This document shows positions 15,380 through 24,223 of a DNA stretch of 24,496 nucleotides, in pieces. Made by a program: the position numbers and the translations under genes. Source of the stretch: a virus (Duplodnaviria; Caudoviricetes); IMG/VR virus record IMGVR_UViG_3300037045_000212, positions 1-24,496 of that record; one strand, 5' to 3'. The first letter of the stretch is position 1. Every line of letters begins with the position of its first letter. The notes under the pieces were generated by a model. It was not told the DNA's origin and did no database searches. It saw nothing but the letters and a program-made list of their open reading frames with translations.

Positions 15380-16351
15380 ATGTCTGAAATTAACATACCA
15401 GTAACACTCAATTCTGATGAAAAAGGCTACTTTGACAGGCAATGCCCGAACAAAAAATGCGAATTCATTTTTAAAGTGTTTATGGAAGACTGGAAAGATA
15501 AGGTGACTGACGAACAGGTTTTCTGCCCGATGTGCGGTCATGACGCACCTTCTGATCAATGGTATACCCATGAGCAAATCAATGGCATTAATAAGATCGC
15601 ATCAAGCTACGCTCATTCATTAATCAGCAATGAACTGGATAGAATGTTTGGCAAGATGGCGCGCACAACGCGTAGCAACAAATATATCAAAATAACATAC
15701 AAACCCAACCGAAAGACTACGTTCGTCAACAATCCTATAGGGCAAAGACCCGAATGGGAGTTGGAGATAGCCTGCGAAAAGTGTGAGACCCGATATAGCG
15801 TGATTGGAAGTGCTTATTTCTGCCCATGTTGTGGCTATAATGCCGTTGATCGTGTTTTCGATGAGTCTATTGATACAGTTCAAAAGATGATTGAATCCAT
15901 CGGCGATATATACATCACATTAGAAAAGAGCCATGGTAAAGACAAGGCTGAGTCAATGTGCCGATCAATGATTGAGGGAACTCTTGGAGATGTTATTTCA
16001 GCCTTCCAAAAGTTCGCTGAAGATACTTACAAGAAACTAATGCCAGCGAAAAAAGTGAAGGTTAACGATTTTCAAATTATTGAAAAGGGAAGCAAGCTAT
16101 TTTATGAAGCCTCCGGCAAAGGTTACGATGCATGGCTAACAAAAGATGAGATAGTTGACGCCAATATACTTTTCCAGCAACGTCATTTGATCGAACATAA
16201 CCACGGGTTAATCGACGAAAGATACATTCAGAATTCTAACGATAATTCTTATAAAGTTGGTCAGCGGGTGATAATTAGAAGTTCTGATGCTTTAAAGTTA
16301 TTAGGTTATGTAAGAAGGCTATCGCAAGGGCTTAGTACATTATTGATGTAG
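15380..16351 (+). CDS. Double Zn-ribbon + HEPN-like protein (323 aa)
   Basis: CPNKKC, CPMC, CEKC, CPCC. Helical C-domain with an Rx4H motif (RHLIEH, followed by NHG.ID..Y). Confidence 0.7.
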   Translation: MSEINIPVTLNSDEKGYFDRQCPNKKCEFIFKVFMEDWKDKVTDEQVFCPMCGHDAPSDQWYTHEQINGINKIASSYAHSLISNELDRMFGKMARTTRSNKYIKITYKPNRKTTFVNNPIGQRPEWELEIACEKCETRYSVIGSAYFCPCCGYNAVDRVFDESIDTVQKMIESIGDIYITLEKSHGKDKAESMCRSMIEGTLGDVISAFQKFAEDTYKKLMPAKKVKVNDFQIIEKGSKLFYEASGKGYDAWLTKDEIVDANILFQQRHLIEHNHGLIDERYIQNSNDNSYKVGQRVIIRSSDALKLLGYVRRLSQGLSTLLM

Positions 16352-16546
16352 ATAATAAATACATTACGGGAAATAATATTTTATAGCATTTGGAGATTTG
16401 AAGCACTGTGTAATGAAATTTTACCTAGCAGGAATTTCCTGTACAATGAGAATATCACTGTACCGAATGGTCAGCGCTTTAATATATACAGCAAGCAATA
16501 ATGGCGTTTGTGCCAGTAAGTAAAATTGAATGAGGTGAATAATTTA

Positions 16547-19249
16547 ATGAAAATCGATTCTGCGATATTAACAACAAGTGTGAATATATGCAAAAATATT
16601 GACCGGTTTGATGATTCTGATAGAGGTCTTTTATCGCAGAATATTTTGTCCCAACTCAGAAACCTCATCGAATATATAGCCGAGAAGATCTATGCTGGTA
16701 ATAATGATATTGACCCCAATGATTTTGCTAAAAAGACAGAAGCACTTGAGTATATAAAAACAAGAGGTAATTATAGGTTCTTATATAAATTCCATAGTCT
16801 TGTTCAGATATCAGCGTCGCACTATACGCTTGACGAGGGAAAATCAGAAAGACTAATGCTCAACTACTATAAGTATCTACTCAAAATCAAGATTTTCCTA
16901 AAGGATACCTATAATCTTGAGATTCTTGAGAATATTGACCAGTTTCCTCTAAATACCGACACTAAGTTCATGGAATATTATGAGAAAATAGCAGCCAGGA
17001 TCAATCAAGTAAATCCCAGTCCATCAAAAAGCGTCTATGACGATAGGTATTACATTCATAAAGTGAAGCCGTTTTTTGTTAACAACAGAATCTACTACGA
17101 GGTTACTTTCACCGCGGCAAACGATAAATCGAGTAAGTTCGATCGGGTTATAGCGTTCACTAAACTGGAAATCAGCAGCAATTACGCCGTCAAACTTACG
17201 GTGAGAAACGACAGGATTGATATTCTAGGCAAGACGATGCCTATTCATGTTATTGATAAATGGGAGATATCAATTCGTCCATGTGAACTGAATAACTTTG
17301 CCGATTTCTTTGGCGGCCATCATAAAATCAGTAGTGGCTCCAATGAATACTACGAACTAATGAACTTTTTGACGGTATCAGGTATGAGCTTAGTTGATTT
17401 AGTTTGCTCTTCAGATAGCTATTTCACAAGTGTAAAAGCGGAAATAGCAAAAAGTGCAAAGTCTTTTCATATATATGAGATGCTAGAAAAAAGCCGTGAC
17501 ATAGTAAAACGAAATCTAAGCGGAAGTAATGTTATCAAATATCTGCTACATAGGCTGAATAACAAGATACTCAAGCGGCAATACTGGAGTGATCCATGCA
17601 ATTTGTTATCTAATTTACGTTTGAAATACGGTTGTATTCCATTTGATCAGATGCCATTCAATTCGTCTCTAATAAATCACAATCCAAGACTTGCGGACTT
17701 GTTTGAATGTATTAATTACTCGGGCAGAGAACATGAAATATTCGCCAGATTTATAAAGAACAATACGGAAATCAACGGGTCATTATTCACTCCAATTAAA
17801 GATACTACGGGATTTGATGACATCGATGCTCTGATGAGCCGTTATAACGGCAGTGTATATCGCACGCACGGCGGACGAAAGTTAGAAACTTTTAAAGACC
17901 ACATTTACATAAGAGAGTATGTAGAAAACAGCGCCGACATCGTTAATAAACTAAAAGAGCTGTCTTTGGCGGGCGTCACCAACTACACTAAGTCGGTTGA
18001 ATTTTGGCTACAATCGTCGTCGTATGGGATCGATTGTGTCGAAAAGAAAGACGCTTTAAGGCAAATGTTTGAAAATTCTAAAGTTGCATTGATATATGGT
18101 TCTGCAGGCACTGGGAAATCAACATTGATTAACCATATTTCGAACTTCTTCAACGATAAAGAAAAGATTTATCTGGCAAATACAAATCCGGCAATTGACA
18201 ACCTTAGGCGGAAAATCACTGCCAGTAACTGTAGTTTTAGTACGATAGCGAAATTCTTGTCCTCGAGGAACTGCCATGTAGATTGTGACTTATTGATAAT
18301 TGATGAGTGTAGTACCGTCAGCAATTCGGATATGAAGAAAATTCTCGAGAAGGCAAAGTTCAAATTATTAGTTTTGGTTGGGGATGTCTTTCAGATTGAG
18401 TCGATTGTGTTCGGCAATTGGTTTAGTATTGCTCGATCGTTCGTTCCGGATAAATCTGTCTTTGAACTGACAAAACCATATCGAACAACAAAGCCCAATT
18501 TACTGAATGTATGGAATCGGGTAAGGGCATTAGATGAAGCTCTGCTGGAACCGATGGTCAAACATGGCTATTCTGTTAGATTGGATGACTCGATATTTGA
18601 TCATACTGAAGAAGATCAGATTATTCTGTGTTTGAATTATGATGGACTATATGGAATAAACAATATTAATCGATTTTTACAGGGAAACAACACAAATGCT
18701 AGTGTGCAATGGGGGATTAATACTTTCAAAGTTAACGATCCCGTGCTGTTTAATGAATCAGATCGTTTTACTCCTGTCATTTATAACAATCTAAAAGGAA
18801 AAATTGTCGGCATTAAGACTTTTAAAGACAGGGTACAGTTTGAAATTGAAATTGATAAAGCAATCAATGAGTTAGACGCTTCAGGGTATGATTTTGAGCT
18901 ACTCGGCACCTCGCAGAAGGGTAATTCTATTATTAGGTTCTCGGTCAATAAGTATAAAAATACTGATGATGACGATGGATCTTCCGAAACCGTGGTTCCG
19001 TTTCAAGTAGCATATGCAGTATCGATTCATAAAGCACAGGGTCTAGAATATAGTTCAGTTAAAATTGTAATTACAAATGAAGTTGAAGAGCTTATTACAC
19101 ATAATATTTTCTATACAGCAATAACCCGAGCCAAGAACGATTTGAAGATATACTGGACACCTGAAACAGAGCAGGCGATTCTAAGTAGCTTGAAGTTAAG
19201 AAATGATAAAAAGGACGCGGCCCTATTGTCATTAAAATACAGCTTATAA
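16547..19249 (+). CDS. RecD-like SF1B helicase with long N-terminal region, possibly Nhi-like defence protein (900 aa)
   Basis: GSAGTGKST, IIDECS, LVGD.FQIES, PYRT, AYAVSIHKAQGLEY, YTAITRA. Start revised to ATG 16547 (GAGGTG RBS). The helicase call is firm; the Nhi call is tentative. Confidence 0.8.
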   Translation: MKIDSAILTTSVNICKNIDRFDDSDRGLLSQNILSQLRNLIEYIAEKIYAGNNDIDPNDFAKKTEALEYIKTRGNYRFLYKFHSLVQISASHYTLDEGKSERLMLNYYKYLLKIKIFLKDTYNLEILENIDQFPLNTDTKFMEYYEKIAARINQVNPSPSKSVYDDRYYIHKVKPFFVNNRIYYEVTFTAANDKSSKFDRVIAFTKLEISSNYAVKLTVRNDRIDILGKTMPIHVIDKWEISIRPCELNNFADFFGGHHKISSGSNEYYELMNFLTVSGMSLVDLVCSSDSYFTSVKAEIAKSAKSFHIYEMLEKSRDIVKRNLSGSNVIKYLLHRLNNKILKRQYWSDPCNLLSNLRLKYGCIPFDQMPFNSSLINHNPRLADLFECINYSGREHEIFARFIKNNTEINGSLFTPIKDTTGFDDIDALMSRYNGSVYRTHGGRKLETFKDHIYIREYVENSADIVNKLKELSLAGVTNYTKSVEFWLQSSSYGIDCVEKKDALRQMFENSKVALIYGSAGTGKSTLINHISNFFNDKEKIYLANTNPAIDNLRRKITASNCSFSTIAKFLSSRNCHVDCDLLIIDECSTVSNSDMKKILEKAKFKLLVLVGDVFQIESIVFGNWFSIARSFVPDKSVFELTKPYRTTKPNLLNVWNRVRALDEALLEPMVKHGYSVRLDDSIFDHTEEDQIILCLNYDGLYGINNINRFLQGNNTNASVQWGINTFKVNDPVLFNESDRFTPVIYNNLKGKIVGIKTFKDRVQFEIEIDKAINELDASGYDFELLGTSQKGNSIIRFSVNKYKNTDDDDGSSETVVPFQVAYAVSIHKAQGLEYSSVKIVITNEVEELITHNIFYTAITRAKNDLKIYWTPETEQAILSSLKLRNDKKDAALLSLKYSL

Positions 19250-19311
19250 TTTCACAATTTGAAATCTCAATATGAAATTGGACCCATGCTCTCACAGCGA
19301 AGATTTTTTAG

Positions 19312-19388
19312 CACGTTAAAAACCCCATGATCACAGATCTGCATCCAAATGAGGGCTCGGTGCTTACAGTATCATGAGGTTTAATGTG
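19312..19388 (-). terminator. Long imperfect hairpin between convergent genes (probable terminator)
   Basis: CACGTTAAA(AA)CCCCATGAT (19312-19331) / ATCATGAGGTTTAATGTG (19371-19388). On the minus strand the inner stem ends in GGGG-TTTTT. Confidence 0.5.
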
Positions 19389-19395
19389 AATTTGG

Positions 19396-21540
19396 TTATG
19401 CACTTTGAAAGTTTAAGATTTGAATCATTTTGATTTCCGTCATTGCGGGAATTTTAGTAATATCTAAATTTCCAGCTAATTCTGTTGATCTTGAGTGCCA
19501 AAGGTTAACATTAAACTCCATCGGTAGATTTGGTATTGGCGTAGGGTTCCATAACACTCGTCTGTGAACAATGCAACCATCAACCCGCCAAAGCAAATTG
19601 TTTTCACGCCATTCGATCTCATACTGATGAAATTCGTTTGAGGCATCAAATCCAAGTTCAATCAGTGTAGGTGTACCTCTGTAGCCATATTCAAGCTTCG
19701 TTCCTTCTATACCCGGATTAAAAAATACATTCACCAACATTTTAGTCGTATCTTTACCGAGGAACTCAATATCAATTTCCTGATGGGGGTTATTTCTATG
19801 TAAAAAAATGCCCGTAACTAAGCCGGGGACATTCGATGGTTTAATCTCAGCGCTGAACTTTCCGTATAAGAATCTATCATTGCTAGCTATTGCTGCCGAT
19901 GTGTAGTCGCGTACAGCAGTTGAGTGTTCTTTAAGCATAAGACGCATTACACCAAGATCGTCAACGCGAACATTCGCGGGATTGAAAAGAGATAGATTGC
20001 TCGGGAAGGTGTCGTTGCGAAGTTTCCATTGCTTATCATCAATGCTTTTCTCGCCGCGCCATGTAATCACAGGTTTTGTCATCGGCAAATCTACACAGCT
20101 ATCCTCTGCAATAGGGATACCACTCCAGTTGTCCGAGGATATAATCCAAGGAGAGGTATCAAACTTAAGAGGTTTACAAGGCAAGACGTCTCCGCGCTGA
20201 CTATCTTTCTCCTCTAAACTCCGCTGACCTACGTCAAAGCAGTTAGGATATAGCGATGCAGGGTATTCGCATTTAAGAAATGAACTTAATGCTGCCCATT
20301 TATCGTGATGGTTATTTGGTAGGTGCAAAACTTGCTCGGCATGAGTTTCGAGCACTCTTGAATCATCAAGTGAAGTGAATATCAACCTTGCATTCCGATG
20401 GAGTTTCACAAGATTATCAATAGACCAACCATCGATTGAGCCAATATTAACATAAGCATTAAAACGACGCTCACTCTTTTTTGCAAGGAGGTTTTGCTGC
20501 TCCATCGTAGGCAGTTCCGCAATGTCGTTACAGCACGTGTACCCCATTACAGAGAGTGCCGTAGCTAAAGACGTCAATCCAGATCCGGGACTACCGAAGG
20601 CGAATACTGGCCCTTGTAGTTTTTTTGTTTGCGCAACCAATGGTTTCTCATTCGTATGGACTCCAATTTGAGACAGTATCGGCATTACGGAATAAGAATT
20701 GGTTGAGGGCACATCAACTCGTTGTTCGATAATTGGATACTTAGTCAAATAAACATCTAGTTTATCAAATTGTAAGTTCAGCCAAAGATCAATCGGGCCA
20801 TATACCGGCAACATTTTAAGTAATTTCTGTGCCCCTTCTTGGGATAGAACATATCCCGATGCTTGCCATATCCCGCGATCTGGTTTTCGCACCAATTCTA
20901 TGTGTGGCTTTTTAAACTTTGGGGCAGCGCCTACTTCCTGAAATGATAAGAACAACAAATCAAATGCCGTAGAATCGGAGGAATTCATAATTACGTCAGT
21001 CCATGCAGCATCTAGGTTACGAACAAACCCACGGCAAAAATAAACGTCATCTTCTAAAATAAGCGTATATGGGACATTGCTGGCGGCAATTAATTTCCAT
21101 ATCTCAATATGAGATAGAGCAATAGCAATCTCCTGTGGCGTCATTTTTATACGAAGCGCCTTTGAATTGGCATCAATTTGTACAAGTGGATTTGGCTCAA
21201 CAAATAGTTGGTCGGCTAGTGAAAAGTATGGAATCAACATCTTTTCATCAATCTTATCGTTAAGATATCGTGCATCAATAGCGGAGTATCTTCTGCTTAT
21301 TTCTGACAGTGTCGTGCCAGAGCGGATTTTTATCCTGTCAAGTTCTTGACTCACTTGATGCCAACGATCCGGTTTTCGATCGAGATTTATTACGTAGACT
21401 CTTTGGATTGCATCAATTGCATCGGCATTTGCGAAAGAATCTGCTTTTTTCTTTGTATCGAGTAACCGCGTATGGAACATGAGTCTGTGTTGTAGCCTCT
21501 TGAAGAATCCGGAATATATTTTCATATTCATATGAAACAA
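19396..21540 (-). CDS. Triple fusion: GT25 glycosyltransferase - sulfotransferase-like P-loop domain - GH16 (lichenase-like) hydrolase (~714 aa; start uncertain)
   Basis: GT25: VYVINLDRKPDRW, SAIDA, EIAIALSHIEIW, LILEDD, GYVLSQEGAQKLL, PIDLWL. Middle: VFAFGSPGSGLTSLATALSVMGY...DKWAALSSFL....P...YP. GH16: YGKFSAEIK, G.VTGIF, QEIDIEFLGKDTTK, FDASNEFHQYEIEW, NVNLW. Confidence 0.88.
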   Translation of the reverse strand: MFHMNMKIYSGFFKRLQHRLMFHTRLLDTKKKADSFANADAIDAIQRVYVINLDRKPDRWHQVSQELDRIKIRSGTTLSEISRRYSAIDARYLNDKIDEKMLIPYFSLADQLFVEPNPLVQIDANSKALRIKMTPQEIAIALSHIEIWKLIAASNVPYTLILEDDVYFCRGFVRNLDAAWTDVIMNSSDSTAFDLLFLSFQEVGAAPKFKKPHIELVRKPDRGIWQASGYVLSQEGAQKLLKMLPVYGPIDLWLNLQFDKLDVYLTKYPIIEQRVDVPSTNSYSVMPILSQIGVHTNEKPLVAQTKKLQGPVFAFGSPGSGLTSLATALSVMGYTCCNDIAELPTMEQQNLLAKKSERRFNAYVNIGSIDGWSIDNLVKLHRNARLIFTSLDDSRVLETHAEQVLHLPNNHHDKWAALSSFLKCEYPASLYPNCFDVGQRSLEEKDSQRGDVLPCKPLKFDTSPWIISSDNWSGIPIAEDSCVDLPMTKPVITWRGEKSIDDKQWKLRNDTFPSNLSLFNPANVRVDDLGVMRLMLKEHSTAVRDYTSAAIASNDRFLYGKFSAEIKPSNVPGLVTGIFLHRNNPHQEIDIEFLGKDTTKMLVNVFFNPGIEGTKLEYGYRGTPTLIELGFDASNEFHQYEIEWRENNLLWRVDGCIVHRRVLWNPTPIPNLPMEFNVNLWHSRSTELAGNLDITKIPAMTEIKMIQILNFQSA

Positions 21541-21546
21541 TAAATC

Positions 21547-21567
21547 GCTAACTTAATGCGAGTTAGC
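21547..21567. other. Intercistronic hairpin between GT32 and the GT25 fusion
   Basis: GCTAACT-TAATGCG-AGTTAGC in the 30-nt gap. Confidence 0.5.
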
Positions 21568-21570
21568 TTC

Positions 21571-22398
21571 CTAGTAGTCATTGCCATCCCAAAGCCTCCA
21601 ATTTCGTTTGTCTTTCCGATATTCTAATGGCCATTGTGATATGGATATGCTATCCCAATTATCAATAAGTACAAAATCACACGCCTGACCGGCATTTTGA
21701 GATTCAATTGCATATCTAATTAAGCTGGCGGTCAAATTACCTGGGCCGGTAGTCGATTGAACATCTTTTATTTTACTCCCCGGAGCTAATAAAATTTGCG
21801 TAGACCTTTCTAGTGCCAGTTTTATAACTGGGTGGTTTGGCGGTGCGATAATTGGATTATTATTTACATAATATATTAAGTCTTGTGAGTATTCATTGCT
21901 TGTCAAGAAATCGATGGCATTAACCATTAGGTCCGTCGATAAGTCATAACATAATGGTTGAACCTTCAGTTTGTTGTCTTGAAACAAAGTTTCGATGTCG
22001 ACGTTATAAAAAACGTCATCTGCGTCAACGTATAATCCGCCGGCTTTCAAGATATAACAGAGCCGAAAATAGTCAGATCTCATAGCTGGATGTTGGCATC
22101 GTTCGAATGCGTCAATGTGGCGTTGATCGTAGTTTCTCATAATAAAAAGTCTAGCGTCTTCATCGCTAAATAGAAGCCGCTTAAAGTCACACTCGTCAAG
22201 TGATTTCCAGCTATCTATGCACTTGCGAACATCGGCAGGCATATTCACGACGTCATCCCAGAATTGAATTAAAGTACGTGGAATTTTGATTTGTTCATTT
22301 GGAGATGTATAGATACCAGGATTGCGAATTAAACCCCACATATACTGAGATCTCAATTGATGATTTTCTGAAATTTCTACAGGCGCTAGGTTACTCAT
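21571..22398 (-). CDS. GT32-like (DXD, Och1/TcdB-type fold) glycosyltransferase (~275 aa)
   Basis: KIPRTLIQFW, CIDSWK, AMRSDYFRL..I...GGLYVDADD, NN.IIAPPNHPVI, TGPG.LT. Start revised to ATG 22398 (GAAGG upstream); upstream ATGs are possible. Confidence 0.85.
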   Translation of the reverse strand: MSNLAPVEISENHQLRSQYMWGLIRNPGIYTSPNEQIKIPRTLIQFWDDVVNMPADVRKCIDSWKSLDECDFKRLLFSDEDARLFIMRNYDQRHIDAFERCQHPAMRSDYFRLCYILKAGGLYVDADDVFYNVDIETLFQDNKLKVQPLCYDLSTDLMVNAIDFLTSNEYSQDLIYYVNNNPIIAPPNHPVIKLALERSTQILLAPGSKIKDVQSTTGPGNLTASLIRYAIESQNAGQACDFVLIDNWDSISISQWPLEYRKDKRNWRLWDGNDY

Positions 22399-22690
22399 CC
22401 AAATACCTTCAGCAAATGCTGATGCTTTCTTAGAATGTTTAATCATATCCGATACCAGTACTGTATATAATGCTACCACGTTATTTGCATGATAACAGAT
22501 TTGCCAATTGCTGTACATCGCAATCGATAAACCAATTAACCGGGTTGAGTTGAGTCACTGTAAGCGTACTGCTATTATTTTAAGAAATAATCGTCATATG
22601 TGATTCCTTTACTCACCGAAAGCATGGAAGATGATGCCTCGAAAATATTTTGGCAAGTTCTGGATTGTGCCCACCCAACCCCTCATTGTG

Positions 22691-22719
22691 TTGTTATATT
22701 TTACATAAGTGTGTAAAAT
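22691..22719 (+). promoter_or_regulatory. Promoter with overlapping inverted-repeat operator
   Basis: TTGTTA (22691-22696) - 17 nt - TAAAAT (22714-22719), overlapped by ATTTTACA-N6-TGTAAAAT (22698-22719). Confidence 0.55.
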
Positions 22720-22745
22720 TAAACTCAATCAATTGGAGTTTATAT

Positions 22746-24077
22746 ATGCATGCAATCCAGAAACTAACAAAGAAAAAGATCATTACTATTGGCATCTTAG
22801 GGATTGCGATCATTATTGCTTTAATCACAAGTCGTGTTTACTTGCAAAATGCATTAGAGGCGAGTAATAAGCTAGATTATAAAAATATTGCGACACTGGG
22901 ATCTTCTGCAGATATAAAATACTTGGGTGTGAATTTTAAGTTCAACGTAGACTACTTTGTTACTAACGGTAGTATTTTTGCATATACATCATTTGGGAAA
23001 TTGTTTATTTACGATAGCGATTCAAAGTTAATAAAAAAAATCGAAGTATCGGACGATTATAAATATGGATACTTTAAATTAGCGATAACTGAAGATAAGA
23101 TTGTAGCCTCCAAGGAGAACGATATTGAAGTGTTTAATTTTATAGGAGAATCGCTTGGCATTACAAATATTCCATTTGGAATAGCTTCGTTGACCAGTTC
23201 AACAATCACTGGTATCTCCACAAACTCTGCAGATTTTCCTAGCACTTTAATATCAAGTGCTGAGACTGTATCATATAAAACTGCTGGCGAAGAGGATATA
23301 ATTTCGTTTGATTATGATATTAAAAATGGCAAAATAGTCACCTCTGTTGGAACAATAAGACAAATCGGCGGAGTGGGCAAAGATAACAGCAATCCAAATA
23401 ATATTATTTCAGAGTACAATGGCAGTGGGACATACTTACTTTTAAATTTGAGCGATAATGTCTCAGTAAAGAGTTTTAGTCATGCCGATGATAAAGAATT
23501 ATTCCCGAAATTAATGCCTTTTAAAGAAGATCTATCTTCAAATGAGGGCAACTATATTTGTAATTGCAAGGAATATATTGGTGATACCCTACACAACGAC
23601 GGCACTACGGTTCGATGGATGAGACCCGTAATGAATCCCATCACAGTCTCATCCGCTAAATTTACATCTGAAGGCAAAATGGACGGCTTGTTTGTTTTAT
23701 CTGATGCACAAAATAAGAATAGTGTCCTTGGATCTGGCAGAGATGACTATAGCGACGATAATGACTACGGTAGTCTTTTACAATTGAATAAGTATAACAA
23801 TAATAACGGTTCATTAATAAGTTCTAAATTAATCGACGGAATAAGCGCATTCAACACGTCAATGATTGCAACAAACGAGAGTCTTTACATTATTGGTGGT
23901 CTGAAAAATACCGATACGGAGATTCGAAAATACAGTCCCGAGTTAAATCTAACGAGTAAAGCATTATTGCCAAAAGGTACATTCTTAAATACATACCAGT
24001 ATAAAAACGATATCTACATACTTTTTTCGACTGAAAAGAAAGAACCATCCCTTGAAGTCTACAAGATAGTAAAATAG
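22746..24077 (+). CDS. Membrane-anchored/secreted beta-rich hypothetical protein (443 aa)
   Basis: Start revised to ATG 22746 (GGAG RBS). KKK + hydrophobic IITIGILGIAIIIALI anchor. Ser/Asn/Tyr-rich, with propeller-like short strands. Confidence 0.75.
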   Translation: MHAIQKLTKKKIITIGILGIAIIIALITSRVYLQNALEASNKLDYKNIATLGSSADIKYLGVNFKFNVDYFVTNGSIFAYTSFGKLFIYDSDSKLIKKIEVSDDYKYGYFKLAITEDKIVASKENDIEVFNFIGESLGITNIPFGIASLTSSTITGISTNSADFPSTLISSAETVSYKTAGEEDIISFDYDIKNGKIVTSVGTIRQIGGVGKDNSNPNNIISEYNGSGTYLLLNLSDNVSVKSFSHADDKELFPKLMPFKEDLSSNEGNYICNCKEYIGDTLHNDGTTVRWMRPVMNPITVSSAKFTSEGKMDGLFVLSDAQNKNSVLGSGRDDYSDDNDYGSLLQLNKYNNNNGSLISSKLIDGISAFNTSMIATNESLYIIGGLKNTDTEIRKYSPELNLTSKALLPKGTFLNTYQYKNDIYILFSTEKKEPSLEVYKIVK

Positions 24078-24169
24078 AGATTTCTATGGATGGAATTGCA
24101 GTTAAATATCTCGTATTTATTTTATGAACTTTGATTTTTTTACTTTTCACGTCATCAAATATTCACACA

Positions 24170-24203
24170 TACACGTTTAGTTAAATCGTGTACAAACGTG
24201 TAC
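24170..24203. repeat. Subterminal TACACG repeat array at the right end
   Basis: TACACGTTT (24170-24178) / AAACGTGTA (24194-24202) inverted repeat. CGTGTAC at 24187 and 24197 (10-bp period). Confidence 0.65.
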
Positions 24204-24223
24204 CAACCAGAAGACGGAGCGGA

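Noticed and set aside
19250-19402. Integron attC site after the GT fusion (GCATAAC at the stop codon on the minus strand)
   Set aside because: No complementary GTTRRRY R' box at a suitable distance, and no integron integrase.
22698-22719. BlaI/CopY operator
   Set aside because: Spacing is TACA-N6-TGTA rather than TACA-N2-TGTA; kept only as a generic inverted repeat.
10663-24150. Short ORFs inside or antisense to the cargo genes (e.g. 10663..10992, 15314..15577, 16471..16668, 19095..19295, 23890..24150)
   Set aside because: Overlap long motif-bearing CDSs; no RBS or domain evidence.
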